A stretch of 64,000 bases of DNA from Rhina ancylostomus (lineage: Eukaryota). This document shows, one piece after another, positions 12,540 to 21,810 of the stretch; position 1 is the first letter of the stretch; every line of letters begins with the position of its first letter. Where the stretch lies: contig JARFYF010000060.1 in NCBI GenBank assembly GCA_030265395.1, positions 19,575,714 to 19,639,713 on the forward strand. Reading direction: 5' to 3'. The notes beneath the pieces are model-generated. The model made no database searches. It saw nothing but the letters and a program-made list of their open reading frames with translations, and was not told where the DNA came from. Made by a program: the position numbers and the translations under genes.

Positions 12540-13450
12540 TATAATGCCGAATTATTATTAGTTGACACCATATCTGCTCTACGTTATTCTGTTGAGATAA
12601 CGATGTCGTAATGTGGCTGAGTGCCCGACTCGTGTATATTAAAATTGTACCTATTTACTACCGCTAAGTGTTGAACTATGCTGATACAGGGTTAACGGTG
12701 TCTCAGCCCCGGCTGCTGATTATCGTATAATTTCTCGAGGGACAGTTACGACGTGTCGATTATTTATTCAGCATCCTGTGGTTTTCCTTGGGGGCACAGA
12801 AGGCTGAATTTTAACGTCGCTTCTTGTAGCAACACGTGTATCCATAGTACTACAATTCAGGTTCCGGGGTGAACGATTAAGACCCTCCTACTTTGGTCCC
12901 GGAATCCTGAATAGTGCAATTTCAACAGCCCGTTTCTTGTGCGCTGAGCTATTCAGTTTACGGGGTTACCAGAGCTGTCCTGCGTCTTCCCTACGGCTCC
13001 TCCCTCCGGTCCCGGAAGGTGAATGTGGCACTTGCCTTCCGGCGACGGCAGCTGCGCGGCTGCTGCGTAATTCAGAGTACGGGGCGGCGGTCCTCCCCAC
13101 CCCCCCTCCCCCACACACAAACAGACTCCCTAAAATGGCGCACACAGCTCGGACTCGTTTCCCAGCTCGGCCCTGGAAAAAATCAGGACGCTCGCGTATC
13201 CTGGGCTTGAAAAAGGATTTTAAACACGGATTCGACGCCGCACTGCCAGTCTCTGCAGCTATTGGCAAAAACCTTCACAAGTTCCATGACCTCTTCGGAG
13301 AAAGCAGCAGCAGTGAGGTAATTTTTTTTAGGGAGAGGGAGAAATTTTTTAAATAGTCCTTTTGAGGAATGCACGGGGAAATAAATAGTGTTTACTGAAG
13401 TGGGAAAACCTCAGCGAGTGCGAAGCTGGTGTTGATCAGGACCGGCCTGT
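12540..13450 (+). promoter_or_regulatory. CpG-rich promoter / CpG island of KMT2A
   Basis: Sharp rise in CpG density against the CpG-depleted background; ETS cores ccggaag 13012-13018 and cttccgg 13036-13042, GC box ggggcgg 13081-13087, YY1-like aaaatggcg overlapping the ATG. Confidence 0.8.
13135..13317 (+). CDS. KMT2A: Histone-lysine N-methyltransferase 2A (MLL1), coding exon 1: menin-binding motif and first part of the LEDGF-binding region
   Basis: Good Kozak context aaaATGG; MAHTARTRFPARP...GFDAALPVSAAIGKNLHKFHDLFGESSSSE|gtaatt matches human MAHSCRWRFPARP...GFDAALQVSAAIGTNLRRFRAVFGES; 183 nt, phase 0. Confidence 0.95.
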
Positions 13451-16029
13451 GTGACAGATCTGACATCCACCAAGAGGGGAGGTGGTCGGATTTTTTTTGG
13501 GGGGCAGCTTTTTTTTAAAAAAAGACCCGTTTTCTTTTGGGGAATTTGTTCTCTTTTAAAGTTCCACTTTTGTTAGAATAACAAAATATTGCATTCTGCA
13601 ATATATTCGTGTTACGTTGCCCTGAGCTGGAGTTGCACCCTTGCTCCTTCTGCATTTCTAATCACCTGTTTGGCGGGCTTTCCTCCAGCGACCGCCATCA
13701 TGTTCGTGATGCAAATTCAGCTCAGCTTTTTTTTATATATCGCCCTTGCACTCACTTCATGCCACTTACATTTGCATACATAGGCATTGAAAGTGCATTT
13801 TAAAATTGCATCATTAATTTTCCATTCACCGTATTTTTTGCAGCATTTGCAAATATCCGGTCATCAACTTCAAACTGAAATTATTTTTTTCTCTACGTCC
13901 AGTAGAGGCAGGGTTTTTTTTGGGGTAGGGGTTGTAGTTGTTAGTACGGACTCATTAACCTTGACTCATGCTTTTGAGTTGACAGGGAGTAAAGTTTGCT
14001 TTTTAATTCGGTGAATTTTCAGCAAACCTTTTTCTAACCACACCCCCCCTGTCCAGTATTTCAGTGGTTGTGTTGATTCATNNNNNNNNNNNNNNNNNNN
14101 NNNNNNNNNNTGAAACCTGAGTAATTTCGGTTGTTGCAGTTTTAAATGAAAAAGCCCCTTTTTGGTACTATTTAAAACACTTAATTCCTTTGTATGGAAT
14201 TGTATGGAGCAGTTTATGTAATGGTGCAGGTAATAATGCATTTTTGCAGAATGTGTATCAGCCCAATTTTGGTTGGGGTAGTGCACATTGCCGTTCCTGT
14301 GGTTTTGGGTATAGTTTTTGAGACAAATTTTAACTAGTTTACTGGAATAATAGTTACTGGCATTGAAGAAGATACTTCTCAGACTTGAACCTCCAGAAGT
14401 ACCATGTCAGGGGACTTCAATTTTAATCTTTAAGTGTCAAAACACTTTTAATGCTTGTATGTGTAGATGTTTATTGTCTTAACATCCTTACCACAGTAAA
14501 ATTAGAATTTCTTAAACATGTTTTCAGATGGGTGTTGGGTGGGTGTGGTAAAGTGGTGGCGGGAGGCACTTTTGTGAAAATGAACAGTTTTTATTTATTG
14601 TTTATAATTAAAGTGCACCGTTGTGTGGCAGGAAAAAACATCCTGAAATGATGTGCAACAAATAAATTTAGGAGCATGCTAAGACATCAAAACTGCATGA
14701 ATATAATTTGAAAGTGAGTGTAATAGAAACTATTAATTGTAAATATTCATGACTAAATATTTAAGAAAGTCTATAGTTAAGCAGGTCTGGAGCATCTTTT
14801 TAAAGAGCATGCAGATCATATTTCCTGCTTTCTACTCTTCATGACGTATCACTTAATTACCTTCAGTGCAGAAATTGACAGTTTTCTGAATTTGCACATG
14901 CTGTCCTTTAGAGCAGTATCTTGGGTTTGATGGGAAATGAAGGCGAGGCCAACTTCAGTTGACCACCGTGAAAATATTCAATCCTTTGTCAGATTTTCTT
15001 TTTGATGATATTATTTAGCTGATTTTCATGTCTGAATGTGGCAGGTGATTTTGTTTTGTCAGAGGCCATCACTGGCTTGATCCTTGCCTTAACTGATCTG
15101 TATTACCCAGATGAACCTTCATTAACATTGTTAGAAGCCAAGTTTTGGATCCCTCTTCCACTTTTCACAGCCTTAATCTTAGAATGCTGGAACTTGTGGT
15201 ATGATCTCTGACATTGCTGAGATCATCTAAATCCAGTGATGGAACCTGAAATCATTTGTATGGGAGCGATTCACAATTGCTGAACACAAGTTATTAGGGA
15301 CTGAGTAAAAGTTTTCAGAAAACCGAGGCAAAGTCATCAGCTTGACCAAGGCCATAAAGCAATAAGTTTATACTTATTTTTAGTTACATTTATAACATTT
15401 TTGGATGCAGTCTTTCTACTTAACTGTCTGATCATGAATAACCATTTATTGCAACTACCCCCCCAAATGCTCCATTGGTATTATAAATGCCTTGTATATC
15501 AAGCAGATGCCAGTTCCACACTTCTCTGATGCCTAGCCCAATCTTATTTATTTATTTATTTTACTGACACTCCCACCCATCAGCAGTTTTCAGGACACAT
15601 CACGTTGGCTGAGATCATCTGGTGTACTATGATACTGGTGATCAAACATGGGACCTTTAAATCTGAAAGGTGCAATACCTAGCGATGACATGCTGAATAA
15701 TGTGCTTGCAAGGCTATTTTTTTTAAATGAGGTTTCGCAAGATCACAATGATAGTCTTGTTGAAATCCTTTATTTTTACAACTTGCATTTTTAAAATAAC
15801 ATCGATTACCTTCTGTCTCTTATTGATGTACTTTTCACTTGGCTTTAAATCTGAATAATCTTCAGTAGTGATTCAGGAGTTACGACTCTGGAAGTGAATT
15901 TATTGATCTGTATTCAACACATTCTAACAAAATCTCTCCAAAGCATTGCTGTATTAACTCAGAAGAAAAGTTGTAGATGTTTAATCAGTATTAGCAAATC
16001 AGGTGCATAAAAGTACTGGATACTTTAAC

Positions 16030-16180
16030 AAAGAGAAGATGCTGGAAGCATTCAACAGGTCAGCCAGCATCTGTGGAAAAAGAACCAAAACATTAGCTCT
16101 GTTTCTCTTCTCACAAATGCTGAGTGTTTCCAGCAGTTAGTTTTTGATTTTAGATTTCCAGCGACTGCAGTATTTTCACA
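16030..16180. repeat. Collapsed palindromic Penelope-associated repeat
   Basis: gatgctggaagcattcaacaggtcagccagcatctgtgg...cacaaatgctgagtgtttccagca...gatttccagcgactgcag, inverted arms. Confidence 0.55.
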
Positions 16181-16199
16181 TTCTAGAAACTTTATCAGT

Positions 16200-16770
16200 T
16201 GAGACATAGAAGGCAAAAGCAAAGTGATTATACTAGAACTATATAAATGATTAGGTTATAGCTGGAGTAATTTGTACAAATCTGGCTGCCCTACTGCAAA
16301 AAGGATATGCAGGTATTGGAGAGGCGATTTATGAGGATGTTTCTAGGTCTGCAGAATTATAGTTAAGAGGAGAGACTGCTAAGGTTAGGATTATTTCCTT
16401 TTAGACAGAGCAGAGTGAGCAGAAATTTAAGTGGCATAAAATTGAGGCCTAGATGTGGTGAGTAGATGGATTCATTTCCTTCCAAGAAGTTATTAACTAG
16501 GTGGTATGAATTAAAGTTAGTTGATAGAAAGATTGGGGGAGTGTTAAGAAATATTTTTTCACTTGATGATTAACAGAGGTCTGAAACTCACTACCAGGTA
16601 GGTCGGTGGAGGTAGAAATCCTCAGCAAATGTAAAACAAGTACCTGAATGCACACTTGAACTATACTCTGCAAGGCTATAGTTTGACCAGTCAAGTGGAA
16701 TTAATTCAGTCAATTTTTGGTCAGCATCAAGATGATGGACCAATTGGCCTCTGCCTGTGCTGTGTTTTGT
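16200..16770 (+). mobile_element. Decayed CR1-type LINE 3' fragment
   Basis: ctggagtaatttgtacaaatctggctgccctactgcaaaaaggat (LEYCVQFWSP-like region) through a CR1-like 3' UTR ending ...tgtgctgtg. Confidence 0.65.
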
Positions 16771-17299
16771 GTGATTAACACCGTAGTTAATTTTGAAGGC
16801 TTTGATGTGCCTCTTGCCAGAAAAAGACATTATACTTGGGAGCAGCTGTAGGTTTTTGTACATTGTANNNNNNNNNNNNNNNNNNNNNNNNNNNNNNNNN
16901 NNNNNNNNNNNNNNNNNNNNNNNNNNNNNNNNNNNNNNNNNNNNNNNNNNNNNNNNNNNNNNNNNNNTCTAAATTGTACTCAGCAAATAGATTCAATCTG
17001 AAACTGGTTCTTACAGCATTGAAATGTTGCATCTAAGCTTTTGTGACACAGACTTAAGAGGCACTAAGATCTGTCATAAGGTGCACCCCAGCTGAAGGGA
17101 CATCTGCATTTATTGCCAATATCTACATGCCTAATTGTATAAAATGAGAAGATTATTGAAATTTAGCCTTTGCGATTACAGTAACAGCCACCTTGAGTAA
17201 AGCTACCGTTGGAATTAGTGTGGCTCTAAACAGATGGGGAGTTGAATGACACCAGTACAGCATCTTGCTCTGCATATTCACAATTAGGATTGCCATAGC

Positions 17300-19820
17300 T
17301 AGAGCTCCCCGGATGATGAGGGCTGTGAAGGTAGAATAAGGCATAAAGAAAGTTTAATATTGCAAAAAGCCTAGAATAATATAGGCCTTGGGGTGAAAGG
17401 GTAACTAGAAGAGCAAAGAGAAGACATGAAAAATACTGTCAGATGAAATCAAATAGAATTTCTGATACATTAAGAGGATCAGTAAGGAAAATGTAGCCTC
17501 CTGTTAGAGGCCAAAAGAATGTGGGTGAGGCTCTTAATGAATATTTAGAGGGGGCTAGTGTCAATGTAGAAATGTGTGAAATAGTGGATAGGATGAGTAA
17601 AAGAGGAAGTATTAAGGGCTTAGCATCTTTGAAAGTGGATAAATATCCAGGCCTAGATGAATTGTATCCCAAGCCTGTTAAAAGAAGCACGAGCAAATTG
17701 CTGAGGCTCTGATCATTTAAGTCATTTCTGCCTACAGGAGAGGTTCCAGGAAATTGTAGGACTGCTAATTTGTTGTGTTAAAAGAGAGGAAAAGATAAAC
17801 CCCACATTACAAGGCAGTTATTTTAACTTTGGTTGTGGGCATGTTCTTGGTATCAGGTCTGAGGGATGATGTAAATCTTCATTTAGATTGTTTCAGATAA
17901 ATCGAGGACAGTCAGCATAGATTTAAGGTCTTGTCTAGTTGAATTCATTTTGAGGAATGCTATGAGGACAGTTTTTTGATATGGTTTACATGGTTTTGGG
18001 TAACGTGGTGGTGCAGCATTTGGTGCTGTGGCTCCCCAGCTTTGGGGAGCTGGGTTTGATCCTAATTTCCAATTGTCTGTGTGGAGTTTGCCCTGTGACT
18101 GTGTGAGTTTCCTGTGGCTGCTCTGGAGTGCTCCCACATCCCAAAGATGTGCTGTTAGGTTAATTGGCTGCTATAAATTACCCCTTATGCTGGTAACTCG
18201 CAAAAGAATCGGGGAGGAAGATTGAGCATGTGAGAGAGATTAAGTTGCAGGGCTATTGGGAAATAAGAGAGGGCAAATGAGACTGATAAGATTGTTTTGT
18301 GGGAGCTTACAGGGACTCTAGGCCATATGGCTGCCTCCTGTCTTGGATGAAGTAATTAATTTAGAAAAAGCTTTTCACAAAGTCCCACACAGCAGACTGA
18401 TTTGAAAAGTTATTGGAACAAAAAGCTGCACATGCTGGCAATCCAAAACAAAAATGCCCGAAGCACTTAAAGGTCAAGCAGCATCTGTGGGGAGTGAAAT
18501 GGTCAGAGTTTGACTCAAGGATCTTTTTGGAATATCTTCAGCATGTTCTATTTTGGTCAGAAAAGTAAATTTTGCATGGGATTCTAAGGAGAGTCTAATT
18601 TTAATCCAAATTTTGTTCAGTGGCAGAGTAATGTCGAGGAGGTTGTTTGCATTGGGGGTTGCCAAGGCTCAGTATTTGATCCCTTTTTGTTGTATGTATG
18701 ATTGACAGATATAAGTATGGAGGACAATACAAAGAACTTTGTCAATGATACAAAAATTGGCCATACAGTTCAAAAAATAAATCACTGGAAGAACTCAGTG
18801 GGTCGTGCTGCATTTGTGGAGGCAAAAAGGTGGTTGATGTTTGGGGTGGAGACCTGCATCAGGGCCAGTAAGGATGTTGTTGAAGAGCAGTAGAAAAACA
18901 GAGGGATTTGCAGAACTCTTCAAAGAGAGGAAGAGCACTTCTCTAAAATGGGCAGCCTTAAAGAGAATCACAGTGGAATAGTATGGAGACATAAGAGACA
19001 GTAGATGCTGAAATTTGGAGCACAAAATAAAATGCTGGAAAAACTCAGTGGATCAAGCAGCATCTGTAAGGGATTGTTAACATTTCAAGTTGATGCAAGA
19101 CTTGCCCAACTAATCAGATGCACGATTTAAATAATTGCAAAGAAATATAAATGAGAGGATATTGGGAAATGTAGAGTAACAAAGACTTAGTGCATTCCAC
19201 AAACTTTAAAAGTAAGGAAGGTAAGCTGATTTAAAGATGTGTTAAAATGCTTCTCTTTATTTGCAGAGACATAGAATATTAGAGATGTTATGCTGTAGTT
19301 GTATACATTTCTTGTTAGGTAGGCCATGGCTTGAATTTTGTGTACTGTTCTGGCCATTCCATTACAGAAAAGTTGTGATTGTACTGGAAAGAGTACGGAG
19401 GAGATTTAAGACAATGTTACCAGGGCAAGGGAACTAACTATGAGGGAAGACCATGTAGACTGAGGTTACTTTATTTGGAACAGAGAGCATCAAGGGGAGA
19501 ATTAACAGCTTGAGATGGAATAAATAGAAAGAATTTATTTCCCTTATCGGGGGCAGGTGGGGGGGTGGGTGTGGAGTGTCAAAAATTAGGGAGTGGAGAC
19601 AAAAAATAATTGGTGGAAGCATTAGGAAGGAGGTAACTGGTAGTGGTTTGGAACTTGCTCTCTGAAAGGCTTGGAGTAGAAACCATCATTGTATCTATTA
19701 AAGCAACTGGAAGTGTAGTTGAAGAGCCATAACTTGCATGATTTACATGCTAAGTGCTGGAAGTAGGATTAAAGGTTGGTAGGCCTTTGACCAAATGATA
19801 ATCTCCAGTATCATAAATTG
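17300..19820 (+). mobile_element. Long decayed CR1-type LINE with nested SINE and Penelope-type termini
   Basis: Colinear remnants MGEALNEY, LKVDKYPGLDELYP (KSPGPDGxHP-like), aagcttttcacaaagtcccacac (KAFDKVPH-like), NFVNDTKIG (KFADDTKIG-like), then a 3' region. Confidence 0.75.
17998..18350 (+). mobile_element. tRNA-derived V-type SINE inserted in CR1
   Basis: A-box-like gtggtggtgcagc, B-box-like gggtttgatcc, central tgtgtggagtttgc...gtttcc...ctcccacatcccaaaga domain shared with 26630-26847. Confidence 0.7.
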
Positions 19821-19939
19821 TGGTTCATAAAATTGTTGGCGAACTTGCGAATATTTCCAGTTAAATGGTGTACCCAAATATAATCCTATATTTTATTATG
19901 ATTAGCTTTGAACCTGATTTATTTGGTGGCTTGCCAACT

Positions 19940-20200
19940 AGAGCGCATGTGTTTAAGGTAAGAGGGGAGAGATTTTCACCCGGGGATGGTCCATATATGG
20001 AATGAGCTGCCAGTGGAAGTGGTTGAGGCAGGTACGTTAACAACATTTAAAAGACACTTGGACTAGTGCACAGATGGGAAAGGTTTAGAGGAATTATGCG
20101 CCAAATGTAGGTAAATGAGACTGACTTAGATGGACATCTTGGTCGGCATGGGCCAGATAGACTGAAGGGCCTATTTCCGTGCTGTATGACTGTATGAGTA
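19940..20200 (+). mobile_element. CR1-type LINE 3' end
   Basis: gtttaaggtaagagggga...tggaatgagctgcc...gaagggcctatttccgtgctgtatgac; reverse complement of the copy starting at 45755. Confidence 0.8.
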
Positions 20201-20254
20201 CTGTTATGGTCATAGGTAATTCACACACTGAGACATGGTACCTGCTGTACCCAC

Positions 20255-20385
20255 TCACTACTTGAGGGTCTCTGACTTGAAACATTAACTTTTGTTTCTC
20301 TTTCCATAGCTGCTGCCTGGCCTGCTGTGTGTTTCCAGCATTTTCTGTTTTTTATTTCTTTATTTCCAGCCTCTGCAGTTTCTTA
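20255..20385 (+). repeat. Penelope-associated terminal repeat fragment
   Basis: gagggtctctgacttgaaacattaac...ccatagctgctgcctggcctgctg...ttccagcatttt...ccagcctctgcag. Confidence 0.6.
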
Positions 20386-21429
20386 TCATTACTTGACACT
20401 TGAGACTTTGCAGAACCTGCATATGCTAAATATTAGTAGCCAAATTGTACCAAGCCAGACCAAAATTTCAGAAATGTCCATTTTCAGCATGTCTTTTCCC
20501 AGTTCCCAAAGTGTGGTTTGCTTCAGAATATATGTGGCTTCTAATAGATGAATGCCTTCTAATTTGTTCAAGTTCCCAGTTTTCATAAGAGGCTAAGTGG
20601 CAAATATTGGTGGAGTGCTTCACCAGGGAATGCTTCACAATAGGGCCTTCTGTGTTCTCAGCGGCATTATGTTTTCCATTCAGGATTTGGGGACGGGCAG
20701 CCACTGGATGTTAAGTCTAGGGTTTCTTCTGGTGTGGCTGAAATTGGAGGGTAACTTTTAAGGGAAACATTGAAATGTTTTGCTGTTGGTTTGAGATGTT
20801 TAGGTTGGATGAATTATCTGCTAAGCCACAGCTTGAAATTATAACTAGCTTTAGTATAATGCAAAATAACTCCATTGCTTAAACTTCATAAAACATTTTT
20901 ACCATTGTTACACAGCCTTGTTCTTTTATGCAGTTGTATTCATTATTCTTGTCCTGAAAGTGGTGATTGATGCTAGGCTTGTTGTAGATCTAAATGTCAT
21001 TTGATGCCTCTTCATCAAATTATTGATTTGTGTTAGGTATTGAATTGTGATAGTGGAAGATGGGCCTATTTTTACCCAATGTCCTATGACTTAAATCTTC
21101 CAGCAGAGGGAGCAGTGTATGTATGTTTTGACTTCCCTGCCATTGAATAACTTGACTCTGCTACAGGTTAACTCTCTTTCTGGTCTGTAAGATTTTATAT
21201 TCATGTTTATCTGTTTAGTGGAAAAATTCCTACTTTGCAGAATGGATCCTTCCATGGTACTTTGAATGGGAAGCATCACAGTTGAACTGTTTGTTTATTG
21301 GAGCACTGAGCAGCAAGATTACTTAGAGAAATGTTCCTTTTTCTGTTTATTACAAACTGTAGTAACTGGCCTAAACTATTTGTTTTGCAGTAGCAGTGAG
21401 CATAACTTTTGGAAGGCACTCAGAGGTGT

Positions 21430-21810
21430 TTAGAATGAGAGGTGTGTGTCCTTGGTCGTGTAGCATGTGCCTCTTCAGCAGAAGCTGTCATCTCTAACGC
21501 GAGAGTTTGAATTTGCATCTTTTCTAAATTCAATAAGGAACATACAGAGTTTCTTGTTCTCAGCTAAGAATTTGAGCAGAGATGCTGCCTACCTGCTCAG
21601 ATGGACTTAAGGGTCCATGGCATTTCTGAAGAGCATTTTGAAGAACAGTAGATTTCTCATGCTGCTCTGGCCATGTTTTCTTACTCAATCATCATTTAAA
21701 GAAGGATGACTATTCACCGTCTCAGTGTACATTTGTGGATCGACGCAGTGTATATTTGGGCTGTTGTGTTTACGTTTCAAGTGATTGGCATCAGAAAGCC
21801 ATTTCTCATC
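21430..21810 (+). mobile_element. Ancient Deu-domain SINE-like remnant (SacSINE1/AmnSINE-like)
   Basis: ctcagatggacttaagggtccatggca...ttttgaagaacag...ctctggcca...tttgtggat...gctgttgtgttt resembles the Deu core as I recall it; heavily diverged. Confidence 0.45.

Noticed and set aside
12937-13134. In-frame N-terminal extension of KMT2A from an upstream GTG
   Set aside because: ATG 13135 has a strong Kozak context and aligns with human Met1; the upstream frame is open simply because the DNA is GC-rich
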